Positions 1 through 10,859 of a DNA stretch of 64,000 bases are shown here, piece by piece (position 1 is the first letter of the stretch; every line of letters begins with the position of its first letter). The stretch is from Spirochaetia bacterium (GTDB taxonomy: Bacteria; Spirochaetota; Spirochaetia; SZUA-6; Bin103), in contig CBDBOV010000003.1 in NCBI GenBank assembly GCA_965208575.1, positions 32,001 to 96,000 of the forward strand. The letters are read 5' to 3'. Below the pieces are notes generated by a model that was given only the letters and a program-made list of their open reading frames with translations, did no database searches and had not been told where the DNA came from. A program made the position numbers and the translations under genes.

Positions 1-4
1 ATTC

Positions 5-706
5 ATGTTGATAGCACTCTTATGTTTCGGCTTGTTTCAGGCGATCTACGGCTCTCATAGTGAGTTGAAGTTGGTCCGTTGGCGCGGTGTTGCGTTTGGT
101 TTGCTTGTCGCAGGTTTGGTGGTGAGTCTGTCACGTGCTGCATTTATTGTAGGGTCTGGATGCCTTGTATTGGTGTTCGTATTACAAAAGGATGGTCGAG
201 GATTACGAAGAACGCTTTTGCTTGTGGTCGGTATCTTGGTAGTGTTCGGTGGCGCAATGGTCCTATATTGGAACTCTCGTGATGAGGGAGATTTCGGAAG
301 GTGGCTAGACCTTTTTGTGACTCAGGGAGCGTACGAAAATCTCGTGATGAGCCGGATTCTAACGATGGGCGAGACACTAGGGAGATCGGCAGCGGACATG
401 ATTCGAAATCCACTCGGTATTGGGACCGGGATGGCGATTTTCGAATACAGTACCATAGGTGCCCCGTTTCGTTTCATCGTCGAGTACGGCGTCGTGCTTA
501 CGATTGTGGGGGCGATCCTATTTCTTCGCTACGGATGGACGATGTGGCGGGGGCGGAGTGGGCGCTCCGGCGACCGCTTGGCCGTGCTTTACATTGCGTT
601 TACGGCGATTCTGTTCAATTACAATTCGGTGACCCACGCCTGGACGTGGTTGGTGGTCGGTATTATGATGGTGGCGTCACGGATTCTGCGGTTGGAACGC
701 GATTAA
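5..706 (+). CDS. Polytopic membrane protein, probable O-antigen polymerase/ligase (Wzy/WaaL-like), probably 5'-truncated by the window edge
   Basis: Multiple TM helices, SLSRAAF and NPLGIGTG motifs; lies immediately upstream of a flippase. Confidence 0.65.
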   Translation: MLIALLCFGLFQAIYGSHSELKLVRWRGVAFGLLVAGLVVSLSRAAFIVGSGCLVLVFVLQKDGRGLRRTLLLVVGILVVFGGAMVLYWNSRDEGDFGRWLDLFVTQGAYENLVMSRILTMGETLGRSAADMIRNPLGIGTGMAIFEYSTIGAPFRFIVEYGVVLTIVGAILFLRYGWTMWRGRSGRSGDRLAVLYIAFTAILFNYNSVTHAWTWLVVGIMMVASRILRLERD

Positions 707-709
707 CGG

Positions 710-2044
710 ATGAGTTTTTTGAAGCTCTCCGGCCTCAGGAAGTTCATGTGCGCTCGGTTGGCCATTCCGAAAACGGTGAGTATAGATGCGCTCGTGACAT
801 ACGTGGCCCATGGTGCTCCACTTGGCGCGGGGTTGGGTTTGATGTATTTGATCAACACATATTCCGGCGTAGACACCTATGGGAGACTTGCGATTTTGGT
901 GGCGTCCACCAGTTTCGTCGGGAATCTGCTTGGGGCGCGGACCGGTGCAGCTGTTGTAAAGTTCTACGTCCGTGAGTCGATGTCTGGGAACAATGGACGC
1001 GCAAAGAGCATCGTATTCGTGAGTGTGTTTGTGGACCTTGTTCTCGCCGGCGTGGCGCTCGGGTCGGTCGCTGCAGCCAGTGGGTTGGTGGCGACGAAGT
1101 TATTGCAACAGCCTGAACTAGCGGGTCTGGTTGTCGTCCAATCGTTTGTCGTCGTGGCGCGGCATAGTCGTCGCAGTATGCTTGGATACCTCGAAGCACA
1201 TCGGCGCTTCGGCGTGGTCAATCTGTGTCAGATATTGGAGGCCGTGATGCGGGTGGGTCTTGTGGCTTGCTTCTTTCTAGTATTACGAGATTCGCGGTTG
1301 CATGGTGTCGTAATTAGCTATGTGATAGCCGCGGCGATTGCTACGCTGCTGGTGATCAGCGCATTTGCCGTGCACAGCCGTCGGGAGTTTAGAGGCATCC
1401 GTACCACGGCGTCGTGCGGCCTGATGGCAGAGTACGCGCGCTATAATCTGAAATGGTTCTGGTCGTCAACGGTCGCTACAGGTTGGGAGCATGCTCAGCA
1501 GATTATTTTGGCAATCATCGCAACTCCAGCGGTGGTAGGGACGTATCAGATCATCAAGAACTTCCTCGCTCCACTACACCTGATAGGGACGCCATTTAAT
1601 CTCCTGACGTTCCCGACAATGTCACGGCTGTACGCTGCGGGTAGGATGGACGAAATGAAGCGATATATGCATCGACTCACTTGGATTAGTGTGCCGCTAG
1701 CGGGTTTCGTCGGAGCTTCTCTTAACGCGATGATAGCCCCGCTGGTGGGGCTCTTCGGAGTAGTGGTAGATTCGGCAATTCGGATGAGTTTTGCAGCTAT
1801 TTCGTTGCGCTCAGCAGCCCGATTGTATGTGTGGTGGGCGCGCAACATTAGCAGCTTAGTCGATCCAATGATCGACTTCTATAGGAATGTAATCAACGCG
1901 TTGTCGTTTCTCTGTATCGCGATGGTGGCGTGGTGGGTGCTGGAGGATTCTGTTCATCCGCTGTTGTTGATCAGTTTGGCGAGTTTGGTGGCTAATGTAC
2001 CGGCATATGTCTACGCGCTACGGGTTTACCACTCGCGCCTATGA
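710..2044 (+). CDS. wzx: Oligosaccharide flippase (Wzx-like)
   Basis: 444 aa, many TM segments, YG motif near N-terminus and VGTYQ..K/FP motif; polysaccharide context. Confidence 0.75.
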   Translation: MSFLKLSGLRKFMCARLAIPKTVSIDALVTYVAHGAPLGAGLGLMYLINTYSGVDTYGRLAILVASTSFVGNLLGARTGAAVVKFYVRESMSGNNGRAKSIVFVSVFVDLVLAGVALGSVAAASGLVATKLLQQPELAGLVVVQSFVVVARHSRRSMLGYLEAHRRFGVVNLCQILEAVMRVGLVACFFLVLRDSRLHGVVISYVIAAAIATLLVISAFAVHSRREFRGIRTTASCGLMAEYARYNLKWFWSSTVATGWEHAQQIILAIIATPAVVGTYQIIKNFLAPLHLIGTPFNLLTFPTMSRLYAAGRMDEMKRYMHRLTWISVPLAGFVGASLNAMIAPLVGLFGVVVDSAIRMSFAAISLRSAARLYVWWARNISSLVDPMIDFYRNVINALSFLCIAMVAWWVLEDSVHPLLLISLASLVANVPAYVYALRVYHSRL

Positions 2045-3216
2045 ATTTGATCTACATCTCAAATACAAGGATGCCGTCCGAGCGAGCAAACACCCTTCAG
2101 TCCATGAATATGTGTGAGGCATTGGGGCGGATCGTTCCAGGTTTGGTGTTTCTGCTTCCACGTAGACGTAACACACGCGCGTTGGAGCGGGTGGTAGATC
2201 CATACCGCTACTATGGCGTGCAACGGACTTTTGTGCTGCGACGGCTTCCGTGCTGGGACTCTCGCTGGTTGTATCGACGAAGCCAGCGTGTGTGGTTCTT
2301 ATTACACTCGGTCACGTTTGGCCTGGCATGCGTGTGGATGCTTTTTGGCTCCGGTCGGGCGGTGTGCGTACTAACCCGCGATACGGTCGGCTTCCGCGTC
2401 TTGGCTCTTGCCAAGCGCTTGGGTCTCCTGCGTTGTCGGCTATTCTACGAAATTCATGACTTCAGGCGACTCATGAGGCTATTTCTTCCGGGAGCGGAGG
2501 GCACAATAGTGACGAACCCATTTCTTGCTAAGCGAGTTCGGAGCGTGTCCGCCGTGAGGGTGTGGATGAGCCCGAACGGAGTGCATTCGAAGAGGTTCGT
2601 GCCGATGGACAAGATCGTGGCGCGACGGGAGATCGGGCTACCCGATTGTGGCAAGGTCGTGATGTATGTGGGGCGGTTCCAAACGCTAGGTTTGGAGAAG
2701 GGGATCGAAGACATGATCGCTGCGTTACCGTTCTGCGCGACGCGGGAGGTCAGCATGATCTTTGTCGGAGGACCACTGCAAGCAGTAGTTTCGTATTTGA
2801 ACCATGCTATATTGGTGGGGCTCGACACGACGCGGCTGATCTTCCACGATTGGCAACCACCGGAGTCGGTCCCGAAGTATCTCGCGGCGTCAGATGTTCT
2901 GGTGATTCCGTACCCGCGGCTCCGCCGATACGATTACGGGATCAGTCCGGTCAAGCTTTTTGAGTACATGGCTAGCGGCAGGCCAACGGTGGCGAGCAAC
3001 TTGGCGTCGATCGGGTTGTACGTGGAACATGGAGTCAACGGCCTTCTGTTCGAACCCGGGGATAGCCGTGATTTAGCGCGGCAGATCGACCACGCTCTGA
3101 GCAGGAGCGGGAGCCAGCTCGCTCACGCGGCGCGCGCACGAGCGCGCGCATACACATGGGATCGTCGGGCTGCGGGGATTGTCTCGTTTATGCTGAGGGG
3201 AGAGAAGACGTCGTGA
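2041..3216 (+). CDS. GT4 family glycosyltransferase
   Basis: YVGRF..EKG and SPVKLFEYMASGRP motifs; ATGA overlap with wzx. Confidence 0.9.
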   Translation: MNLIYISNTRMPSERANTLQSMNMCEALGRIVPGLVFLLPRRRNTRALERVVDPYRYYGVQRTFVLRRLPCWDSRWLYRRSQRVWFLLHSVTFGLACVWMLFGSGRAVCVLTRDTVGFRVLALAKRLGLLRCRLFYEIHDFRRLMRLFLPGAEGTIVTNPFLAKRVRSVSAVRVWMSPNGVHSKRFVPMDKIVARREIGLPDCGKVVMYVGRFQTLGLEKGIEDMIAALPFCATREVSMIFVGGPLQAVVSYLNHAILVGLDTTRLIFHDWQPPESVPKYLAASDVLVIPYPRLRRYDYGISPVKLFEYMASGRPTVASNLASIGLYVEHGVNGLLFEPGDSRDLARQIDHALSRSGSQLAHAARARARAYTWDRRAAGIVSFMLRGEKTS

Positions 3217-4532
3217 TTACCCTACGGGCGCTGCGCGATCGGTCGTCGAGCATCGGTGTCGTCGGGCTCGGCTACGCGGGAACGCCGTTGTTAATGGCGC
3301 TACAAGACTGTTTTTCCGTGTACGGATATGACAGTGACGAGGAGCGAATTCAGGAGTTGCGCACGGGCGCGGATCACACGGGGTCCACATCAGCAAGGGA
3401 GCTTGAAGCTTCAAGCGCATGCCTCTCATCGGACCCCACGGTCCTGAGACAGTGCGGTATGGTAATAGTCACCGTACCTACACCGCTCGCACTCGATCAC
3501 CGTACACCAGACCTTGGACCGCTAGAGAGCGCTTCTTCCGCCATAGGAAGGAATCTCAGCCTAGGAGCACTTATCGTTGTGGAGTCGACGGTCTATCCGG
3601 GTGTGACACAAGGGGTCGTCGGTCAAATCATCGCGCGTGAGAGCGGGTTGGAACCGGGTGCAGGTTTCCACCTGGGTTACTCCCCGGAGCGTATCAACCC
3701 GGGCGACAAGCTCCATACGCTGAACCAGATTACCAAGGTTGTGGCTGGTGAGGACAACGCCGTTACCGAGCTGATGAGCGCCGTCTACGGGGCCGTGAAC
3801 GGTGGTCAAGTTTACCAGGCGGCCAGTATCCGAACGGCCGAGGCCGCGAAGGTTTTTGAGAACGTGCAGCGGGACGTCAACATTGCACTCATGAATGAGT
3901 TGGCCATGATATGTCATCGACTTGGAGTCGATACGAGAGAAGTAATTCGGACCGCGGGGACGAAGTGGAACTTTGTCCCGTTTGAGCCGGGACTCGTTGG
4001 CGGTCATTGCATTGGCGTTGACTCCTACTACCTCACACATGCCGCCGAGGCGGCAGGATACTCGCCGCGCATGATTTCCACAGGCAGATCGATTAACGAC
4101 TCGGTGAGCGGCTATGTGGCGGACCGAACCGTTGCGCTGATCAGGTCCGTCCGCAGTGGCCAGGTACCGATCAGAGTACTGGTATTGGGTTTTGCATTCA
4201 AGGAGAATGTCCCGGACGTGCGCAACAGTCGGGTAGCGGACCTCGTTGTTGCGCTGCAAGAACGAAAGATCGAGTGTTCTGTATTCGATCCTGTAGTCGA
4301 CCCGGACGAAGCCCGTAGACAGTGTGGCGTTGACCTTGTCGACAGAGTCGATTTCGGAGCACCGTATGACGCGATTGTCTTGGCGGTGAAGCATGACCTC
4401 TTTCTCTCGACCTATTCCCTTTCGAGAGTACGAGAGTTGGCGGTTGCATCGGGTGCTGTTCTGGTTGACATAAAGTCCGTATATGATCGTCAGGCGGCGC
4501 AGGCCGCCGGCTTCGTCTATTGGCGCTTGTAG
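3213..4532 (+). CDS. Nucleotide-sugar 6-dehydrogenase (WbpO/TviB-like)
   Basis: VVGLGYAG, ESTVYPG, YSPERINPG, GGHCIGVD and FKENVPDVRNS motifs; GTG start overlaps the previous stop. Confidence 0.9.
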   Translation: MITLRALRDRSSSIGVVGLGYAGTPLLMALQDCFSVYGYDSDEERIQELRTGADHTGSTSARELEASSACLSSDPTVLRQCGMVIVTVPTPLALDHRTPDLGPLESASSAIGRNLSLGALIVVESTVYPGVTQGVVGQIIARESGLEPGAGFHLGYSPERINPGDKLHTLNQITKVVAGEDNAVTELMSAVYGAVNGGQVYQAASIRTAEAAKVFENVQRDVNIALMNELAMICHRLGVDTREVIRTAGTKWNFVPFEPGLVGGHCIGVDSYYLTHAAEAAGYSPRMISTGRSINDSVSGYVADRTVALIRSVRSGQVPIRVLVLGFAFKENVPDVRNSRVADLVVALQERKIECSVFDPVVDPDEARRQCGVDLVDRVDFGAPYDAIVLAVKHDLFLSTYSLSRVRELAVASGAVLVDIKSVYDRQAAQAAGFVYWRL

Positions 4533-4540
4533 CTCCGTCG

Positions 4541-5626
4541 ATGCGAGTATGTTATTTCGGAAGCTACGATTCGGAGTATGCGCGCAACGCGATCATTCGC
4601 CGCGGATTGGACATGGCCGGAGTCCAGGTCTACGAGTGTCGAGCGGATCTCGGCCTTTCGAAGGGACAGCGCTATCGTGAACTATGGCGACTGCAAAGTG
4701 GGCTTCCTGGATCGTTGGACGCCATTGTAGTGGCTGAGGTCAATCAGTATCAGATGCCTCTTGCGCGGTACGCCGCACGTCGGCTCGGTGCTCGTCTAGT
4801 CTTTGATCCATTCATATCGCTCTATGATACTGCCGTTCAAGATCGAGCACTTGTGAGTTCTCGTTCAATTAGAGCGGGGGTATATCGTGTGGCCGATCGG
4901 GTGGCCGTGAACTTGGCAGATGCGGTGTTCGCGGATACCGAGGAGCATCTCAAGTTCTTTCGCGGGTTTGTTCGGCTTCGGAAGCCGGGCTTCGTCGTTC
5001 CTATCGGTGCGAACGAGGCTGTTTTTGACGCAAATAGATTCCTTGGTACGGGTGTTAGTACCGACAAGTTTAGCGTGCTATTCTGGGGAAAGTTTATCCC
5101 GTTGCAAGGCGTAGATACCATTCTGAGAGCGGCGAAGTTGCTGGAGCGGGAGACTGGGCTTACCATAACGCTTATCGGGAGCGGCCAGATGCTATCAAGC
5201 GCGAAGGACTTGGCGCGTCGGCTAGAGTTGGCGAATGTTCAGTTTCCGGGATTCGTACCACTCACCGAGCTTCCGGTGCGAATCGCGTCCGCGGACGCGT
5301 GCCTGGGCATATTCGGGACGACGGAAAAGGCGCTTCGGGTGGTTCCGAATAAGGTCTACGAGGGCCTGGCGATGCGGAAGCCAGTGATTACCGGCGCGTC
5401 ACCGGCCATTGAGGAGGAGTTGGAGCCAGGGCTTCATATTCTGACCGTGCCGATGGGAGACGCTGAGGCGATTGCAGAAGCCATCATGCGGATCAGGCGA
5501 GATCGAGTTTTCGCGCAACGGCTGGCGGCAGAAGGGTATGAGATTTTCCGTACCACATTCACGGCAGCACATATCGGGCGGCGGGCCAAAAATGCCCTGG
5601 AGCAGGCGATTGATACGCGCCCGTAG
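4541..5626 (+). CDS. GT4 family glycosyltransferase
   Basis: FWGKFIPLQG and PNKVYEGLAMRKPVIT motifs. Confidence 0.88.
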   Translation: MRVCYFGSYDSEYARNAIIRRGLDMAGVQVYECRADLGLSKGQRYRELWRLQSGLPGSLDAIVVAEVNQYQMPLARYAARRLGARLVFDPFISLYDTAVQDRALVSSRSIRAGVYRVADRVAVNLADAVFADTEEHLKFFRGFVRLRKPGFVVPIGANEAVFDANRFLGTGVSTDKFSVLFWGKFIPLQGVDTILRAAKLLERETGLTITLIGSGQMLSSAKDLARRLELANVQFPGFVPLTELPVRIASADACLGIFGTTEKALRVVPNKVYEGLAMRKPVITGASPAIEEELEPGLHILTVPMGDAEAIAEAIMRIRRDRVFAQRLAAEGYEIFRTTFTAAHIGRRAKNALEQAIDTRP

Positions 5627-6833
5627 TAGCGGCCGAGCATCGGGGGCGTTACGAGTCTTGTCGCTGGGGTATACGCGCGACCTCTGGGATGGTGCTCGGC
5701 GTTCGTTCGGAGACACCCGGGCGAGGCTGATGAGATATGCGGACGCAGTTGAGGAATACCACGTGGTGGCACACTCGCTGATCCGGCACAGGCTGGAACG
5801 AAAGATCAGACTGGCGGGTGGGTTTTGGGCCTATGCGACTGGCGGCCGGGGGCGAGTGCACTCATGGCTCGTGATGATCACAATCGGTGTTCGCATTGCG
5901 CGCCAGCGCTCGATTCACGTCATTCAGAGTCAGGACCCACTCGTGACTGGTAGCGCTGCACTTGTGGTGAAGCTGTTGACGGGCCGGCCCTATAACGTGT
6001 GTGTGTACGGCCCCAACCCGTTCGATCGACACTGGCGCCGATCTCATCGTCTACACGGGCTTGTTGCGCCACTGATGGGCTGGGTCCTGAGACAGGCCGA
6101 TGGGATTCAGGTTGACGGAGATCGTACCGCACGCTCCATCCGGCGGCGATTACCCGGCGTCCCACTCGTGGTGAAGCCCATGGTCCCCCTGAACATTGCT
6201 CGCTTTCTGGAAGCGGACTCAGTTGCGGCGTTGCGAAGGCGGCTGAGTGCGAACGGACGTTATACGTTCGTCGGCGTGTTTGTCGGACGCGTGGTCGCCC
6301 AGAAAAACATTGGCTTGCTACTAGCCGCGGCGGCGATCGTGAGGGCGACTCGATCCGACATCGTCTTCTGGGTGATCGGCGCCGGCAGCGCGCTACCTGG
6401 ATTACGGCGGGTGGCGGCGCGGAGGCAACTAGCGGATACTGTCCACTGGCATCCACCGGTCTCGCACCACGAGGTGCCTGCAATCATGGCCAGTGCCGAT
6501 TTCGTGGTTCTCACATCGGACTATGAGGGTATGCCGCGTGCCGTGATTGAGGCGGCCGCGACGGGTACCAAGATCGTAATGACTCACGTGAGCGGCAGCG
6601 ACGAAGTGGTTGTACCCGGCGAGACAGGTTGGGTTGTTCCGGTAGGCGATGCCTGCGGCATTGCCCGGGCAGTGGCCGACGCAACTGCAGATGGCGGAAG
6701 GACACCTGACGCGGCGGCCCGTGCGCGCACGCAAGCACGCGATTTCGTGGCCCGCCACGCCGACCCGTTGCGCCAGATTCGCTGGTGGGAAACGATTGTG
6801 GAGAGTCATCGGAATAGCCAAAGCGTTACCTGA
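5592..6833 (+). CDS. GT4 family glycosyltransferase (start uncertain)
   Basis: FVGRVVAQKN and SDYEGMPRAVIEAAATG motifs. Confidence 0.82.
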   Translation: MPWSRRLIRARSSGRASGALRVLSLGYTRDLWDGARRSFGDTRARLMRYADAVEEYHVVAHSLIRHRLERKIRLAGGFWAYATGGRGRVHSWLVMITIGVRIARQRSIHVIQSQDPLVTGSAALVVKLLTGRPYNVCVYGPNPFDRHWRRSHRLHGLVAPLMGWVLRQADGIQVDGDRTARSIRRRLPGVPLVVKPMVPLNIARFLEADSVAALRRRLSANGRYTFVGVFVGRVVAQKNIGLLLAAAAIVRATRSDIVFWVIGAGSALPGLRRVAARRQLADTVHWHPPVSHHEVPAIMASADFVVLTSDYEGMPRAVIEAAATGTKIVMTHVSGSDEVVVPGETGWVVPVGDACGIARAVADATADGGRTPDAAARARTQARDFVARHADPLRQIRWWETIVESHRNSQSVT

Positions 6834-6848
6834 ACGACACCTCGTTCG

Positions 6849-7847
6849 TCACTGTTGCCACGATGACGGCAGATTCCTGGGAATCTCTATGTCGTCGAAC
6901 GGCGCGCTACTCCTGGAACCCGCACGGCGTACCCAGTTCGCCATGCGCTGCAGGCCCTCGTCCAACGGTGTTTGCCTGCCGCGACCGAACACATCATTCA
7001 ACTCCGTATGGTCGCAGTACGCGTTCTTTACCTCGTTTCGCTCGGGCAAATGAACCACCGGGTGCTGTGGCGAATCCATGGCGCAAGCGACCGCTTGTGC
7101 GAGATGATTCACTGTATACGGCATATCGGCTCCGACGTTAAACACTCTCCCACGGGCACGACCGACCTCTACCGACCGCACTATAGGATCAACGATGTCA
7201 CCAATGTAGCTGAATGCCCGTTGTTGTTGCCCGTCCCCGAAGATCGTCATCGGTTGGGATTGCAGAATCTGATTCATGAAGATCCCGACGACATTGCGGT
7301 AGCGATCGCCAATGTTCTGAAATTCGCCGTACACGTTGTGGGGTCGGAAGATCACGTAGTCTATCCCGAACATCTCATGTGCGCACGAAAGATCGAGTTC
7401 CACGGCATACTTTGCTACACCGTAAGGGTCTTCGGGCTTTGGTGCCATTTCCTCTCGAAGAGGTACTTGACCGGCACCGTAGACGGCAATTGAACTAGCA
7501 AAAACAAAACACTCGCATTCGGTCATTACCGCTTCATTGATGAGGTTGATGCTGCCCAGCAGATTATTCTGGTAATTGAAACGCCGGATGAAGTGACTGA
7601 GCCCCTCTGCCGCATAGGCGGCGAGATGATAGACGTACTTGAATCTGTGCTTTGCAAACAGCTCCTGTACGGCTCGGCGGTCGACAACGCTTGCCTCAAC
7701 GAAGGTAACAGACTCGGGAAGATTTTCGCGGAACCCTCCCGACAGATCGTCTACCGCTACCACATCGTGCTCACCTCGCTGGATGAGAGCGTGAGTGACG
7801 TGGGCGCCAATGAAGCCGGCAGCTCCAGTTACCAGCACACTACTCAT
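6849..7847 (-). CDS. NAD-dependent epimerase/dehydratase
   Basis: GAAGFIG Rossmann motif, YGVAK catalytic motif, FRPHNVYG. Confidence 0.92.
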   Translation of the reverse strand: MSSVLVTGAAGFIGAHVTHALIQRGEHDVVAVDDLSGGFRENLPESVTFVEASVVDRRAVQELFAKHRFKYVYHLAAYAAEGLSHFIRRFNYQNNLLGSINLINEAVMTECECFVFASSIAVYGAGQVPLREEMAPKPEDPYGVAKYAVELDLSCAHEMFGIDYVIFRPHNVYGEFQNIGDRYRNVVGIFMNQILQSQPMTIFGDGQQQRAFSYIGDIVDPIVRSVEVGRARGRVFNVGADMPYTVNHLAQAVACAMDSPQHPVVHLPERNEVKNAYCDHTELNDVFGRGRQTPLDEGLQRMANWVRRAGSRSSAPFDDIEIPRNLPSSWQQ

Positions 7848-7949
7848 AAAACCGTCCTCGTTCCACTGAACATTACAATTCGTTGTTGTACATATGCCGT
7901 CGTTGGGCGATACTTGTCAAGACAGTCAGCGCTGCAATCACTCCGTGGC

Positions 7950-8711
7950 GCACCTATCAAATTCAGGAGGATCCATCTCGGTGCTCGACGCGTTGCTTCA
8001 GTCAGGACTCATTGGCATCACACGTCTGGTGGTCGCCAGCAGCTTGGTCTACAGTGCTGCAACATGATGCCGGCGCCGGCGACGCACCAGTGCGATCCCC
8101 GGTCTCCCGACACCCCTTGCCAGAGTCATCAGGGAGCAGTGGTGCGTTCTGTTCCACCGGCTATATGGACTCGACGTAGTCCCGTTGTGGTACTTCATCG
8201 TTTTCGGTCCGGGTTTGCTGATAGGTGATGCTTATTCGACCGTCGAGCTGCGGCGGGTCGCTGCTCGGCGATGCGTTGCGCACGGTGCACGACGACGTGT
8301 TCGACGTTGTGACGTTGTGAGTGCATGGCTCTTTCACTTGTTCGTTGACGGCTCCTACAGGCCTATTAGGGGGGGGGGATGGTAACCACTCGCGTGATTC
8401 TTGTTACGTGGACAACGTGGCACGGGCCAACGTCGCCGCGATACCGCGACGGCGAGGCTTCGCTACCGATGTGTTCAACGTGGCTCAAGGCAGCGCTCAC
8501 ACGTTGCCGCATGTCAAGGAGGTCTTGGAGCGGATCGCGGGCCGGTGTCTTTGACTTGAAGCGGCGCCGACCGCGCCGCGGCGATCTGTCCTACGCATTG
8601 GCCAACACTACGCGGGCTCAGTTCGAGTTGAGATTCGACGCGTCGAACGGTTTTCGCGCGCCGCTCTCTCATTCGACGGCCTGGATCCGGGACTTAGGCG
8701 CCAACTCATGA
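7950..8711 (+). pseudogene. Heavily degraded UDP-GlcNAc 4-epimerase (WbpP/TviC-like); boundaries approximate
   Basis: Colinear fragments in different frames: IHLGAR, QDSLASH, LYGLDVVPLWYFIVFGP, GDGNHSRDSCYVDNVARAN, DVFNVAQG, PRRGDLSYALANTTRA. Confidence 0.75.
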
Positions 8712-9796
8712 GGCTGTTGGTATTCAACTTGGCGACCGATGAAGACGACCCGATTCTTGGCTTCGCTACCGACTGGATACGTGCGTTGGCAGTTCACTGC
8801 GAATCACTCCACGTGGTCACGATGCGGCGCGGCCGTGTTGCCTTGCCGAGTAACGTGAGCATCTTCTCGGTCGGCAAAGAGCGTGGATTCAGCGAGATCC
8901 GACGAGGGATTCGATTCTACCGTCATCTTGGACGCCTGCTCCTCACGCGGTCGTTCGACGGGTGTTTCGCCCACATGATGCCATTGTTCGCCCTCATGGG
9001 CGCACCGCTTCTTCGGTTGCGGGGCGTGCGTACGATCTTGTGGTATGCGCACAGCGCTGTCACTCCGACACTGAAGGCGGCAGCGCGTGTCGTCGAGTGC
9101 ATCATTACTGCGTCACCGGAAAGCTGTCGGTTGCATAGCCCGAAGGTCAAGGTCACTGGACACGGGATTGACTCCGTTTTGTTCGTGCCACCTCCGGTAG
9201 ACAACCGCTGGCCTCCTAGCGAATTACGTCTCGTACACGTAGGCCGCATCGCACCGATCAAACGTCTCGAGATACTGATTTCCGCGGCCCGGAAGTTGAG
9301 GACGTGTACAGGGAAATTACGCCTTGATCTAGTTGGTCCTGTTGGTGATGAACGATATGCCCGCATGCTACGTGAAACAGTCGAACGAGATGGGTTGGCG
9401 CGCGTTGTGCACTTTGCCGGTCCGCTGGAACGACACAAACTGACGGCGATCTATGGTCAGGCTCATTTCATGTTGAATGCTTCGGCAACCGGCAGTCTTG
9501 ACAAGGCAGTACTGGAAGCGATACTGTGCGGTGCTTTGCCGGTTACTTGTAATGACGCTTTTGCGGGGTACCTGAGCGCTTTAGATCCGCTCCTTTACGT
9601 TGAACGCGGCTCCGGGGCGGAATTAGCAGAACACATAGCGGCACTCTGTCGACGTGATAGCGAAGAACAACGTCGTCTTGTTCAGCGCTGCCAAGAGTCC
9701 GTCCTAGCGACTCACTCCCTTGATAGACTCACGCATTGCGTAGTGAAGATGTTCAAGAACGTAGCGCGGCGTTCCTCGACACCGAGGCATGTATGA
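8708..9796 (+). CDS. GT4 family glycosyltransferase
   Basis: [10 protein letters not shown] and [11 protein letters not shown] motifs. Confidence 0.85.
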   Translation: MRLLVFNLATDEDDPILGFATDWIRALAVHCESLHVVTMRRGRVALPSNVSIFSVGKERGFSEIRRGIRFYRHLGRLLLTRSFDGCFAHMMPLFALMGAPLLRLRGVRTILWYAHSAVTPTLKAAARVVECIITASPESCRLHSPKVKVTGHGIDSVLFVPPPVDNRWPPSELRLVHVGRIAPIKRLEILISAARKLRTCTGKLRLDLVGPVGDERYARMLRETVERDGLARVVHFAGPLERHKLTAIYGQAHFMLNASATGSLDKAVLEAILCGALPVTCNDAFAGYLSALDPLLYVERGSGAELAEHIAALCRRDSEEQRRLVQRCQESVLATHSLDRLTHCVVKMFKNVARRSSTPRHV

Positions 9797-10737
9797 GTAA
9801 GCGTATCCTGGTGACCGGTGGAGCCGGCTTTCTGGGCTCTCACCTTTGCGATCGTTTGCTTCGCGATGGGCATGAAGTACTTGCTGTAGATAACTACTTC
9901 ACGGGCCGCAGGCACAATCTTAGTCATCTGGTGGGGAATCCGCGATTCGAAGCGATGCGCCATGACATTTGTTCTCCGCTCTACGTCGAGGTCGACGAGA
10001 TCTACAACCTCGCGTGTCCTGCCAGTCCCGTGCACTACCAATACGATCCGGTGCAGACTACGAAGGTCAGTGTTTTGGGTGCTATCAACATGCTGGGACT
10101 TGCGAAACGGTTGGGTGCACCGATCCTGCAAGCGTCCACCAGCGAAGTATACGGCGATCCGGAGTGGCATCCACAGACCGAGGACTATTGGGGGAATGTC
10201 AACCCGATTGGCCCTCGTGCTTGCTACGATGAAGGCAAGCGTTGTGCGGAGACCCTGTTCTTCGACTATCGCCGTCAACATGATCTTGAGATCAAGGTCA
10301 TACGCATATTCAATACCTACGGGCCACGAATGCGGCATGACGATGGTCGCGTGGTGAGTACATTCATTACGCAGGCATTACGAGGCGAAGACATCACGGT
10401 CTTTGGGGATGGTATGCAGACACGTAGTTTTTGTTACGTAGACGACCTGATCGATGGGATCGTCGCAATGATGGCATCGCGCCCTGGATTCACCGGGCCT
10501 GTGAACCTCGGAAATCCAACTGAGTCTACCATGCGAGATCTAGCCGAATTGGTCGTCAAGCTCACCGCCTCCCGTTCGCGCATAGTATACCGACAGCTTC
10601 CCGAGGACGATCCACGGCGGCGGTGTCCAGCGATTACACTTGCGTGGGACGTGTTGCGTTGGCGTCCGCGGACCAGCCTGCAGGACGGACTCAGGTCCAC
10701 GATTGACTACTTTGGCGCAAAACGCTTTCCGGCGTAG
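9793..10737 (+). CDS. UDP-glucuronate decarboxylase (UDP-xylose synthase-like)
   Basis: [30 protein letters not shown] and CYDEGKR motifs. Confidence 0.92.
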   Translation: MSKRILVTGGAGFLGSHLCDRLLRDGHEVLAVDNYFTGRRHNLSHLVGNPRFEAMRHDICSPLYVEVDEIYNLACPASPVHYQYDPVQTTKVSVLGAINMLGLAKRLGAPILQASTSEVYGDPEWHPQTEDYWGNVNPIGPRACYDEGKRCAETLFFDYRRQHDLEIKVIRIFNTYGPRMRHDDGRVVSTFITQALRGEDITVFGDGMQTRSFCYVDDLIDGIVAMMASRPGFTGPVNLGNPTESTMRDLAELVVKLTASRSRIVYRQLPEDDPRRRCPAITLAWDVLRWRPRTSLQDGLRSTIDYFGAKRFPA

Positions 10738-10859
10738 ACTGCCTCGTACGAGTGTTCTCCGGTGGCGTCGACTTGGTTCGTTTCGAAAGTGGCAGACAGA
10801 GCCGGACGCGTGTCCGTAGTGCCGCACTTGTGATCAGAACTGACTCGCCGATGACAGAG

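Noticed and set aside
8369-8378. G10 tract as a phase-variation switch
   Set aside because: It lies in a pseudogene with many other lesions, so a length change cannot restore function
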